Assembly (NCBI GenBank): GCA_030265395.1 | Contig: JARFYF010000063.1 | Coordinates: 76,126,163 to 76,190,162, forward strand | Source of the DNA: Rhina ancylostomus | Lineage: Eukaryota | DNA length: 64,000 nucleotides | Direction of reading: 5' to 3' | Shown: positions 26,996-38,830 of the stretch, one piece after another | Layout: each line of letters opens with the position of its first letter | Position numbering within the stretch: position 1 is the stretch's first letter | Made by a program: the position numbers and the translations under genes | The notes under the pieces: generated by a model | Database searches by the model: none | What the model saw: only the letters and a program-made list of their open reading frames with translations | Told to the model about the DNA's origin: nothing

Positions 26996-27620
26996 TTCAT
27001 GTTGACTGCCCAATCCTATTGCTATTTTCTAAGGAACCTTTCATTACCTCCTTCATACTAGATTCTGTGACTGATTATCTGGTCTATAGTTTCCCCTGTT
27101 TTTTCTCTTTCCTTTCTTAGGTTTACATTTGCAATCTTCCAGTCTGTGGGTGATGTAATTTATGGAATTTTTAAAGATGACAGTCAGAGTATCCACTATC
27201 TCTGTACCCACTTATTTCAAAACCTTTTTCTTTGAGTTCCTCATTTATTCTAGATCTGCAGTTCTTCACTATTTCTGTGAAGGATTTCTGTCTTTCCTTG
27301 AGGACAAGCACAAAATGTTTATGTAATTTTCCCTCCACTTCCTTATTGACCACTTTCAATTCTCCTTTCACAATCTGTAGAAGACCCACATTGCTTGTAG
27401 CTAATCTTTTCCTTTTTACTCATCTTCAGAAATTCTTAGTCTATTGTTATTTCTCTCCTTAGCTTACTCTTGTACTCTACTTTTCCTTTCCTGTTCAATG
27501 CCCTGGTCTTGCTTTGCAGAATTTTGAATTTCTCCCAATCCTTGTGCTTAATGCTTCTGTGTTTAGCAATATTGTAAGCCTTTTCCTTTTGTCTAATGCT
27601 AACTTTACCTTCTCACAGTA
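26995..27620 (-). mobile_element. CR1 ORF2 fragment, antisense
   Basis: Reverse strand gives DWKIANV-like and KHFVLVL (YFxSVF-like) segments of CR1 ORF2. Confidence 0.65.
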
Positions 27621-28654
27621 ACTAGTAATGGCCAACATCTGACCTACTAAAATTAGTGTTTGTTGGGGGGTTTTTTGCCTTAAAGGGAGATATATAAATA
27701 CTAGCTTTAGTATGTCAAATGTTGGCCATTACTTGTTTGTTGACATAACAGAACCAACCCACACCTCATAATTTGACTCAGATAGCCTATCACAAAGTGT
27801 GCCTTTGTTTTTATATTTTGATTATAAATACTGTCTTGATTTGTATTCAAAAATGCCCAAATACACTTGGTATATTGTAACTATTATCTGCCATGGAGGA
27901 TGTAATTACATTGTGACAAGTTTATACTGGCATTTTGCATAATAAGAATGGATGTTATAACTTATAATAGAAAATGTCATCTTCAGGGGTTTCATGTATT
28001 AATGAAATCTTATGTATAATGTGCACAGTTTAAGGGTTGCATATTGGTTAAGTTTGTAGAATAGGAATAGCTTGGACTAATGATCCAGAGATGTGACTTC
28101 AAATTCCATCACAGCAGCTGGGGAATTTGAATTCAGCTAATTAAATTGTAAAATCTGGACTGAAAAGCTACACTTTGACGACTGTGAAACTACTGGATTG
28201 CCTTAAAATCCTATCTATTTCACTAATGTTTTATCAGGGGAGTCATTTGCTGTCCTTGCCCAATCTTGCCTATATGTATATCCCAGATCAAATTGTATTA
28301 TTGACTCATAACTGCCCCGTGAAGTGACCCTTCAAACTGTTGCAACAAAACAAAGTAGGGATAGAACAGAACAAACCACCTGACGTTATCACAGGTAGTG
28401 CANNNNNNNNNNNNNNNNNNNNNNNNNNNNNNATTGCAGATGCCTTTTGCCTCAGTTTGGAGAGTTGTCCTGGAAACTACTCAAACCAGCAGTCATACTT
28501 ATAAAATTGTCCCTATCAGCTAATGTTCCAGACTCTTGCACATGTTACCCGGCTTTGTCCCATAAGAGAGAGCAATGCAGATTTTACTTTAGGTGGGAAA
28601 CTTCAATGACCATCATCAAGAATGGGAACTCAGTGGGTCAAGCAGTTTTTTTTT

Positions 28655-28976
28655 ATTGCTTCAACATTTTGAGTCAAAACCCTGCATCAGGACATAGAGT
28701 GGAGAGGCAAATAGCCAGCATAAAGAAGAGGAGGGAAGTGATGAGACAGGAGTCCGAGATGACTTGTGGACTGGGGAGTGGCACAAGATGACAGGCAGAT
28801 TGCGCCAGGTAGGGAAGGGGAGAGGGGTGGAGTTGGGAGACGGTGGCAGGTGAATGATAAACTGAGGCAGATAAAGAGGGGGGGAAAAAATGAGAGGCAG
28901 GTGAACCGAGGTTTTTTTCCCTCCAGCGGATTGTTTGTTGCTCCAAATTCTAGTATCTGCAGTCTCGTGTCTCCAT
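28655..28976 (-). mobile_element. Penelope-derived non-autonomous repeat with hammerhead-like core
   Basis: Minus strand reads cCTGATGCAGGGTTTTGACTCAAAATGTT; ends with the family terminus tctgcagtctcgtgtctc. Confidence 0.65.
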
Positions 28977-30053
28977 CACCAAGAATAGCTTGGTTGTGTC
29001 ATCATTGACTGAATCGGTCATTATCACTGAGCCTTGAAGGATCTAGCTGCCTAATTTAGCAGGTGATGGAAGAATCAACACAAAGGATAATATGATGTAG
29101 CTGTTACCAATCTACATGTTACAGATGCATTAGTCCCTAATTGTGTTGGTAGGATTGGCTTCCACACATTCCTCTTGGTGACAGAATTCCATCTTTGCAC
29201 TCGACGTTATCCTGATGCTACCTCGTGGATAAATGGGGTAGGTTCAAATCAGATTCAACATTTGTGAGACACTGATGTATTCCAGCACGATGTAACCTTG
29301 TGAACAGCATATCCCTTACTCTCCCACTACCATCTAGCCATGTGGCTGGCTTGCGGCTCAATAAATAACATGTTGGGAGTAGTAAAAGATGATAACCTGG
29401 TAAACTGACTATGCAGGTCAATGTGTATGTTAAACAGTGAAAGGAATGGACAGTTGCACAGCCAGGTCAGATCAGTGATTGGCACCCCCTCCCCCACCCT
29501 CATCATCCAGTTTCTTTTCCCCTCATCATGCTCCATCTACCCATCACCCACACACTCCTCCCACTGTACCCTTGTACCCACCCCACCGCCCTTATTTTGG
29601 TTCCATGCTCCCCCGTGCTTTTGTATCCGATTCCACCCTCTGCANNNNNNNNNNNNNNNNNNNNNNNNNNNNNNNNNNNNNNNNNNNNNNNNNNNNNNNN
29701 NNNNNNNNNNNNNNNNNNNNNNNNNNNNNNNNNNNNNNNNNNNNNNNNNNNNNNNNNNNNNNNNNNNNNNNNNNNNNNNNNNNNNNNNNNNNNNNNNNNN
29801 NNNNNNNNNNNNNNNNNNNNNNNNNNNNNNNNNNNNNCCCCCCCCCCCCCCCCCCCCCGTCGATGCTGCCTGACCCGCTGAGTTCCTCCAGCAGTTTATT
29901 TTTTTTGACACTGATAATCAGTTTTGCGAGAGCTGCTTCTCCAGGCCTCTTTACACACTTAATCTAAATATGGAGAAAAGAGCTGAATTCCAGAGGTGAG
30001 GAGGTGTGACTCAAGGGAGCATTTGACAGTGTACTGTTGAGAAGCCTTTGCAA

Positions 30054-30144
30054 ATTTGAAGTCAGTGTAATTCTAGGAGGATCCTATCTGACACTGGGAA
30101 AGGTAGTTGGATAGGATTCTCCTAGAGTTACGCTGACTTCAAAT
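30054..30144 (+). other. 39-bp RNA hairpin (34 Watson-Crick + 5 G-U pairs), 13-nt loop
   Basis: 30054-30092 pairs base by base with 30106-30144 with no mismatch or bulge on the + strand. Confidence 0.9.
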
Positions 30145-31587
30145 GTTCTGAAATCAATCATCTTAACTTCAGAACATTCCTTTAAAGTTATCCAGGGTAG
30201 CAGCCCAAGGTTTAACTATATTCAATTGCTTTATCAAAGACTTATCCTCCAATATAAAACCAGGAACTGGGTAATCAGCAAATATCCTTGAGTTCCATTC
30301 CATTTGCACCTGCAGATAATAGAGCAGTTCCTTACTACAGAGAGCAAGTTATGTATAGCATTAAATCAGTGGCAAGTGTGATTCGAACCATACAAGTGAC
30401 AGGTACTGACAATCTGCAACAATAGAAAATCTAATCACTTCCATTTGACATTCAACAATATCACTGTTACTAAATCTCCCACAATTCACATCCTAACAAA
30501 TCAGCCACATAAATACTTGGGTATATAAGAATGATAAGAAACTGAATATTCTGCAGTAAGTATATTGATCTTGGAAAACTCTTTGCGTGATTAATATTGC
30601 ACAAGTCAGTAAGGTGATGGCAACTTCCTGGATGGGTACAGTTCTGACAACATCAAGAAACCATATAATCTTGATCAAAGAAGCCCATTTATTGATGTAG
30701 AACCTTCAATCCAAAACATTCACTCCCTTCGCCTTTGCTTATCCTTAGTGTATGTCATCTATAGAATGCAGCATAGCAACTCACCAAGGCTTCAGCAGGA
30801 TGTCTCTAACTTGCAATGTCTGCAGCCTGCAAGGGCATGGACATCAGGTACATGGAAATGCCAGCAGCTGCAAGTACCTTCCGGGTCACAAACCATCCTG
30901 ACTTAGAAATATCTCCAAATTTCTTAACATCTCTCCATGTCTTGGATAAGGAGTTTCATTCTAAATACTGAAACCCTGTATCTACCATATGGGGAGCAAT
31001 GTTTAGTGCCTAGACAGGGAGGAACTCTCCCTCTGTTCATTTATTTGGCCACATCTTACAGAAGAAGCATTTGAATGCAAGGATGGGAGTTTTAAAGTTA
31101 TGATGTTACTCATCTGGGAACCAGTGTAGTACAGGTGTAATGTGTAAGTGGGACTTGCTGTAAGCTAGGTTATAAGCAATGGAGTTTTAGATCAGAAGGT
31201 AAAAGATGGGATACCAACTAGGTGAGCATTATCACAGTCAAGCTGAGAGTTAACAAAAGAATGGATGAATATTTCAACAGTAAATGCACTGAGGCAAGGG
31301 AGAGGTGAAAGTAAACATTCTTGTTGGAAGAGATGGTGGGTGCACTGGGGTCATCTTGGGCTGAAACAGATGCTAAGGTTGCTTGCATTTCCCTTCAGCC
31401 TGCGGCATTCAGTCTTCCTGCTGCATGCCTTATCGGTGCACACAAACATGCACAAATTGATTGCAGCAATTCCTTCATGAGAGTGTGTATGCTACAGAAG
31501 TGCTTTGGGTGATACTGGAAAGAATGTGAAAGGTGCCAAATAAATGCATTTATCCAGAGCCCACGCGCACATCATAGCAACGTTTTA

Positions 31588-31895
31588 GGGGCGGCATAGT
31601 GATACAACTGCTGCCACACAGCTCCAGGTTCAATCCGGGCCTTGAATGCTGTCTGGGTGAATACGTTGGTTTCCTCTGGGTACTCCAGTTTTCTCCCATA
31701 TTTTGAAGGCATGCTGCTGGTTAATTGGATGCTATAAATCACCTGTTTGTGTAGGATAATAACAGAAAAACCAAAGGGGAGCTGCCAGTGGGCATAAAGT
31801 ACAAGAAAATAAGGAGAGGGGCAATGGTACTCATGGGTTCACCACAGGGAGTTGACATGGACCCAATGGGCCAAATGGCCCCTTTTATGCATTGT
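31588..31895 (+). mobile_element. tRNA-derived SINE (HE1/V-SINE-like)
   Basis: gggcggcatagtg head, B-box ggttcaatcc, ggtttcctctgggtactccagttttctccca core, CR1-like tail atgggccaaatggcc. Confidence 0.8.
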
Positions 31896-32599
31896 TATTA
31901 GTAAAGCCATGAAGAATGTCAGAGGAGCAGTATTTAAAATCAGTTGTCTATCAATTCTAGTTTCATTCCAACTATCCAATAGCCTGATGTTCAGCATTAA
32001 ATGATAGTAGCTCCCCTGTACGTCTCCCCTTCCCTCTCCACGCTTCCGACTGCTTTCACAGTTTCAGGTTGAAATCTGATGCTTCTGTAGACTTCAATAC
32101 CATTTGAAAGCATGGCCTGGTGTTAAACCTATCCCACCTATTCCTGACTGCCAACTATGCTTCAGCTCTGTGGATGTTAGTGGACAATTGTCGGATGTGT
32201 GACTATCTCCCAAGCAGACTTGGAATTCTAAATAACAACATCCTGCAGGAAAGTGTTCTCACCACTGACCCTCTTCAAAGTTTAAGGGCAAGCAGGCGTG
32301 TCATTTATATAGAGGAAAGTTTCATCTGCCCAAGAATTAGCACTAACTGTACAGGCAAAGACACTTTAACCTTGACCCTAACAATAATGGCACAAGTGGA
32401 AGCCACAGCAAAACTTAACAATGTAGGTCATCTTGGTATTTTGTCTTAATATTCATAAAACACATCCACCTTAATGTCACCTTTCTTAGTGAAAATGCAC
32501 AACATGATCCAACTCAAACCTACACATGTGTGATACCTGACTACATTTTTTCCTTTTGTAGCCATGTCAAAAACCAGTTGTGACAGGCAATAGTGTGAA

Positions 32600-32780
32600 A
32601 ATCGTAAATTGTAGATGCTGGAAATCTTAAAATGAAAATATTGGAAAGACAGAAGGTTGGGCTGTATCTGTGGCAAGAGAGGTTCTGATGAAGGGTCTTC
32701 AACCTGAAATGTTAGCTCTATCTCTCTTCCCACAAATGCAGCCTGACCTGCTGAGTATTTCCAACATTATCTTTTTTTTA
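32600..32780 (+). mobile_element. Penelope-derived inverted-repeat element enclosing a type I hammerhead core
   Basis: Arms aggttgggctgtatctgtgg / ccacaaatgcagcctgacct flank CTGATGA-agggtcttcaacct-GAAA-tgtt. Confidence 0.75.
32682..32716 (+). ncRNA. Minimal type I hammerhead ribozyme motif (probably degenerate)
   Basis: CUGAUGA (32685-91), helix II GGGU/ACCU, GAAA (32706-09), short helix III remnant, and helix I GUU/AGC extended by the long flanking inverted repeat. Confidence 0.6.
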
Positions 32781-33299
32781 GTGTTAAGTCTACACTGATT
32801 CATCTTGCACTAAAGCTGGCCAATAATCACTCTTCCCCTTTCTCCCAGATATTTGCTAATATCTTGCAACGTACTGAGAAATGATCTCAACCTCTCCACC
32901 CATGGAGGCTTAATAAATCTTACAACTCACTGCTTGGTTTCCAGGAAACACTTCTGGACATGCAGCCAAGTCTCATGAGATATGACAGTACAATGCTTTG
33001 AAGGAAACATGGGATGAAACCACTGTCTGTAATGAGCATCTCATTTCAGGTTCAACAGTAAAACTACCTGGTTGTTACCTACTGCAAAAGCATTGGAAAG
33101 TTCCTAATTTGACAAAAATGCACACACCATGACTACTTAATATCACACCATGACAGTGACACTAGTGACCCGGATCAAACTGTGAGTCACGTAGCAGTGC
33201 TCTGCCTCATTGATTGAAGTGCAGACCATGAAGGCATTAGGTATTTAATAGTATAGCCTCAGGGAGTGAAGTTCCTGCATTTTAGGATTTTTTTTTAAA

Positions 33300-33620
33300 T
33301 TAATTAATGGCATAAGGGATGTCTAAAGCACTCTCTAGCCAGTCCTTCTGAACTATTTTTATTCTCATAAGAAAGCCAAGCAGTCAGTTTGTACTTCCAC
33401 AAAGTACTGAGTTAGTGATCAGATTCATTGAACATTCCTCGCCATTGTTTGAATATTGCCATGGGGGATGGCAGATGAGGCCTCGCTTAAATATTTCATC
33501 TCATAGTGAGCACATTTGTCGGTGCAGCTCTCCCTCAGGAGACCATTGGAAGTGTCAGCCTTGATCATGTGCTCAGGTCTTGAGAATGAGTCATGCATTT
33601 GGGTTGTAGAAGTGGAAGCA
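33300..33620 (-). mobile_element. Deu-domain SINE (SacSINE1/AmnSINE-like), antisense
   Basis: gtgcagctctccctcag...gaagtgtcagccttgatcatgtgctcaggtct pattern; related pieces near 37360-37590 and 41990-42220. Confidence 0.6.
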
Positions 33621-33933
33621 AGCAGCATGTAGGGTTAAAATAAATTATTTTCAGATTGTTACTAATCACTACAGCTATTTGCTTTGGATTTAGAACCTTC
33701 CTTGCAAACTGATGGCCCCTTTACCAGCTTTTTTTTCCTCTCAAAAGTTCTTGAATGTATTGAGCATCTCACGCTGTGTGTATCTTACCTTGAACTGTGC
33801 ATTTGAATCCTTCCTGTTGTAGNNNNNNNNNNNNNNNNNNNNNNNNNNNNNNNNNNNNNNNNNNNNNNNNNNNNNNNNNNNNNNNNNNNNNNNNNNNNNN
33901 NNNNNNNNNNNNNNNNNNNNNNCGTCGAAGCCA

Positions 33934-34626
33934 CTAACGACAGCCGGCCTCGGTGTTTCCCTGGTAGGAACATGGCAGGCGGCAACGGCGTGCGTTCGAT
34001 ACCTATCTTTGGTAAAAGCACAATTGGTCCAAGCCTTCCTCCTTGTCCCTTGCGGGCCCCGGTGGCTTCAGTTGTGGGGCCTTGGGCTTGAGCTGCACAG
34101 TCGTTGCCAGGAAGATGGAAACCACGCCTTGCTGTTTACTCTGCCACAATACGTCAGCACGGACTACAAGTCTATGGGGGTCGCTGAAATCCTCACCCGC
34201 GAGGAGGGGGCACAGGTCCTCCAGCAGTTGCTCAAGGAACAGTTGTTCAAATAGGAAGCACGGCTTATGGCCGTCCATTAGCGCCAGCATATCATTCATT
34301 AGCTCAGATGGCTTACAGTCACCCAGGCTGTCCATATGCAGAAGATGCGTAGCCTGTTCTCGGCTGGAAAGCCCAAAGGTGCGGATGAGGAGCGCTTTAA
34401 TTTTAGCGTACCTGTTCTCTGCTGGCGGTCGGTGGAGGAAGTCAATGATCCGGCCTGCCGTGTCCTGGTCGAGCACGCTGACCACGTAGTAGTACCGCGT
34501 GGCATCGGCCATAATGTCTCGGATGCTGAACTGAGCCTCAGCCTGCTCAAACCACAGGTGGGAATGCGCAGCCCAGAACATCAGGAGCTTGAGGGAGACT
34601 GTGTTGTGCGAGTCGTTGGAGCTCAT
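33934..34626 (-). pseudogene. Gypsy gag (DUF7041-like N-terminus) with premature stop in the Cys/His knuckle
   Basis: VSLKLLMFW...LWFEQAEAQF...TRYYYVV...LGDCKPSELMNDML is typical of this gag class. Reading through TAG at 34005-34003 gives CFYQR*VSNARRCRLPCSYQGNTEAGCR*. Confidence 0.85.
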
Positions 34627-34652
34627 GTCGTGGATTCCAGATGCCGTCTGGA

Positions 34653-34668
34653 GGCGTTGGGCTCACCA
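34653..34668 (-). promoter_or_regulatory. Primer-binding site, tRNA-Trp-like
   Basis: TGGTGAGCCCAACGCC versus the tRNA-Trp-complementary TGGTGACCCCGACGTG. Confidence 0.6.
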
Positions 34669-34669
34669 A

Positions 34670-34896
34670 TGTAGCCATTCGCGGTGAGTGGAAGTGAAGA
34701 AAGACTTGGAGGCGTGTATGTTCAGTCGAAGCACACTTTACTAGAGAAGTTAGAACTCGCGCTTGCGCATAAAAATACCCGAGGGGCCTTGGCCCGTGGC
34801 ATCAGAGCCCTGCAGGAAGGCCCGCCCCACGGGCCAATCGCACAACACCCCCACATGACCATCCGCGGCCGTCGATGGCAAGCCCGGGTCACGACA
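34670..34896 (-). repeat. 5' LTR, 227 bp
   Basis: Minus-strand ends TGTCG...CTACA (imperfect inverted termini). Contains GC box/CCAAT (cccgcccc, ccaat) and an AGTAAA poly(A)-like signal on the minus strand near 34740. Confidence 0.75.
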
Positions 34897-36439
34897 CCAT
34901 CAGATTTCTGACCCTACTAAAGTACCTAAACCACTCTAATCAAAATCAGTAATATTCTATATTATTGCAACCCTCGTAATCTATCACTGCTTGTTCTCCT
35001 TAATCAGTCTGCAGCCGTTGGCATAATTGACTAAGCCACCCACTTCAGTGCCCCTTGATGGCCAACTGGATGGTTTAGCATTTGCTAGCTTTGTGTTTTC
35101 CATCCAGTCATTAGCACTGGCATTGTTCTTCCTATGCCCTCGTGGTCACCTTTGAATGCCTCAAATCTATCCTTGTCTGGGCCTGCATTGTACCTAAATG
35201 CTGTTTCTCAGCTACTTTATCTGAAAATCAGGCATTAGTTTCCATATGTACAATGATTTTATCTAGCTTTATTTCACTCCCATTTCTTTTGATTCCTTCA
35301 TTATCTCCACATTGTTGGACCTCACTGAACAAATATTTCTTCCATCTGAACACTGGGAAGCCCAAAGCCATTGGGCAAGATTGTTGAAGTTCCAGTGCAC
35401 TGCTGCTACATATGGTGCCCACCTTCCCATACTGACATGTTGCTGCAAAGGAGAGCCTGCTGTCAAAGGCTTTTGAACCATTTTAATTGTCTCTTTTAAT
35501 CTTTTTAGTCATCTTAATTATAAATCAGGAAGTTCTTGGCAGACTGAAGAATAACTGGCTATTTTTGATTAGTACCCTTGCTATGATCAGCTCATCCTGA
35601 CTGCTCACCACAGATTTCTTAATTTTTCAAATGCATCAATTTGTGGTTTTCAGTCTATATATGACTGTTGCTTTATATAGTGCCTACTTGTGAGTTGTCG
35701 CCATTCTTCGGAAAAAGGATTCAGTCATTGAATTGCAGTTGTGACACAAATTTGAATGAATTGTACATCACAGTTGCTGTACAATTTTTCATTTGTAGTA
35801 CTTTTAATAGCTTTGTAGGTTATCACCTTCTCTCCACTTTATTTGCTGATCTATAATGAGCCACAAGTGCCAGGGTTGCATTAACTGTTCTTCTTTGAAT
35901 CATCTTGAATATAAGTTGATGGTAGCATGCTCAGAATTGTACATAGTAGTTGATTAACATGAGATGTGAATAACATTCTTGAATACAAGAAGTCTAATTG
36001 GACAGTTTCATGGTGATTATCAACTTTTAGAGAATAATGGTGGAGTCCAAATCGTTTATTGCATATTCATATGAACTCTTTTTAGTATTTAAATTAATTT
36101 GTGTTGAAAATCTCCTTGCTCTGAACTCCAGTGATCCAAATTTTTGAATATACAGCCACTCTTCAATTTATGAAAGTAAAGCATTCCTGGAAAACATTAA
36201 GTGAAATTTCACAAATTGAAAAGGCTGTACAAAATGCATTATCTTGATGCAGTATATATTTATGTGCACACTATTTATTAGAGTGAAAAATAGATTCATA
36301 AATCAAAGACTTGTACCCCAAAAAGTAAATGGTGATAGAAACATAGAAAAAACTACAGCACAATTCAGGCCCTTCGGCCCACAAAGCCATATGGGGAAAA
36401 TTTGAAAATGAAACATTCGTAATTGAGGAATAGCTGTAT

Positions 36440-36830
36440 ATTATCTGGAGATTAGAAGATCTGGACCTCAGAAGAGGTTTGAAACATTAAAAATTTTTAA
36501 TGCCTGACAGGGAAGCTCCTGAGAGACTCCTGTGGCTGAAGAGCTTAGAACCTAGTCATAGTCTCAGGATAAGGAGTCTGCCTTATTTAGGACTGGGAGG
36601 AAATTTTGTCACTAGTTCTTGTGCATCTTTGTAATTTTCTACATTAGAGAACTTTGCTCAGTCAATATTCAAAATATATTAAAGAGAGAGTAATAGATGT
36701 TTGGTTGCTTGAGAAAATCAAGGGATGTACGAAGGTGGAAAAATACAGTGCAAGTATATGGTCAACCATAATAACTGTAGTGCAGACTTGAAGGATCGTG
36801 TGACCTACATACTGTTTGTCATGTTTTTTG
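36440..36830 (+). mobile_element. CR1 3' end, decayed
   Basis: agaacctagtcatagtctcaggataagg...tttaggactg, aaatcaagggatg. Confidence 0.65.
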
Positions 36831-37959
36831 TATGTGACTTTGAAATATAGCCTGTTGTCAACAGAAAATCTTGTACAGCAATATGTCTTGTAGTACTTTT
36901 TAATTAAGTGACAGGAAAATTTGTTGTCATTTTATTTTGGTGGTCTCAATTTTTTTCTATTTGCCACTTTTTTTTTAACTTATTCTATTCAATTCATTAA
37001 TTTGCCAATGACTCTGAAGATTTAGAAATACAGTTTAAGCATTGTCGGTGTCTCAGCATTGTCAGGCTAGTGATTTTTGTTAACCTTAACTCCCAGGTAA
37101 TGAATTTCAGCTCCTGTGCAGGGCATGTATTCTAACATATACTATATAATGTATTATCACTCAAGTAGGAACTTCTTTCATAAGGTGTTATTTCATTAGA
37201 AACAAATTGGTGTTTGGTTAAGAAAGAAAATCTTTCATGACTTCAACGACACAGAAGCACTTAATAGCCAATTAAATGTTTTCAATTAAAATTACTGTAG
37301 CAATACAGGTAAACGCAACCAACGGTTTGCACGCAGGAAAACTTGATAACAATGGAAGAAATGACATCTGTTTGTTTCCTTGGTGTTCTTTGGAGAGAAA
37401 TATTTGATAAAGATATTGGGAAAATTTCAGTCCCTCTTTGAAACTCACGTGAGAGACACTTAAGATTTTCACTCGAAAGTCAGTTAAGCATTTCTTCACT
37501 GAAATGCTAACCTTGATTTTGTCCTCTAAACCCTGAAGTAGGATTTGAAACTGAACTTTCAACTCGTGCAGGAGTGCTATTGCCAAATCGCAGCTGGCAC
37601 ACTAACCTTTTCTATTGGGTAGACCCACTCCTTTTGCCCACCCCCACCTCTAGGGCTAAGAAGCATCAATGTAAATTTCAAATTTTTCATCTTTTCTCAC
37701 ATCAGCCCATCAAGTCTATGTTTTCTTATAGAGTAATCCCATTCTCCCACTTTTTTTCTCTGTAACCTATTCTGTCATGCCCATCAACTCAACTTTGATC
37801 CTTCTACCACCCACCTACCCTAGGTAATATGTAGTAGCCAATTAATCTACCAACCAGAATGTCTTTGGAATTGAAAATTTACAGGAGCACCCAGGGGAAA
37901 CCCATGCAATGGAAGAGCTGCCTTGGATTCCATTAGTAGGAATAAATCAGCAAGTGGAA

Positions 37960-38830
37960 AATGTTTGGTTCATTCCCCCAGTCAAAATAAATCAAATTTG
38001 AATCTTCATGGCACACAAATCATTATCTCCTCCAAGTTATGCAAGGAGCTCACTAAGATTGATGCCATCTGTTCAGCTACATCTGCCACTTTCCTTGCTC
38101 CACTTGGTTGTTGGTCTGCCTCCCCCTAAAAAATATTAACCTGAGTCTTCAGTATTTTTCCTCCTGTGTTCTCTCCCATCTTGCCTTATTCAGGAGACCT
38201 ACCTCCTGTTCTCTCAACCATGTTCTAAGCAAGCTGTTGGCCACCCAGTTTCATTTCCAGGTGCCCAGGTTAGCTGATACAATAAATGCTTCTCACTTAT
38301 CTGGCACTGTCCCATTCACTTTAAAATTTGCCATCCTCCCCAACTTCAAAAAAAAAAGCACCTTTGACCCCTATGTCTTTGCAAATTACTGATCTATCTC
38401 CAACATACTATTGCGTCCCAAATTTGTGCCTGGCTTTGCAAAAATTCTGACTTCTCACACTTCCGAATCATTTCTGCCCTGAAGTAGTGTTTATTATAGT
38501 CATAGTTGGCATTTTACATGACCTTCAGTCTGCTAAACAATTCCCCGTTGTCATCCAGTGAGAGGTTTTGCAGCAATTCAGCATACCACCAATGTCACTT
38601 CTCCATCATAGGATTGCCACCACTGATTACTTTGTCTTTCTGTGGATGGCCAAGTAACCCACAAGCTCCCTTTCATTTCCCCAGGGGATCTATTCAGAGG
38701 CTCCCGTTCCTCATCTACATGTTGACCCTTGGCAGAATTAACCAAAACCACGTCAATTCTACTGTTGAGTAACAGCATCCAGTTTCATTTCAGCACCACT
38801 TCTCCCAACCATTCCACTACCATCATTTGT
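37960..38830 (+). mobile_element. L2-type LINE RT fragment
   Basis: LADTINASHLSGTVPFTLKFAIL...KKSTFDPYVFANY*SISN matches the L2 RT motif LDPxxLxNYRPISNL; ccccaggggatctattc resembles VPQGS. Confidence 0.75.

Larger units (their letters stand above)
28030..30920 (+). mobile_element. Fragmented old LINE (5' head near 28030-28330, endonuclease pieces, RT 3' part 30310-30920) with later insertions
   Basis: Collinear remnants: head ...tgatccagag...ttcaaattcc, and RT end ttcactccctt, gcaactcaccaaggctt, accatcctgacttagaaatat. Confidence 0.5.
33923..34896 (-). mobile_element. Gypsy/Ty3 LTR retrotransposon 5' part (LTR, PBS, gag, start of pol); remainder lost in a gap
   Basis: CpG-rich block with TG...CA-bounded LTR, PBS starting TGG 1 nt after the LTR, and a gag-like ORF. 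Confidence 0.88.

Noticed and set aside
33818-33822. tgtag just left of the gap as the outer end of the 3' LTR
   Set aside because: Only 5 nt, and the flanks (cctgt versus ccatc) do not form a target-site duplication.
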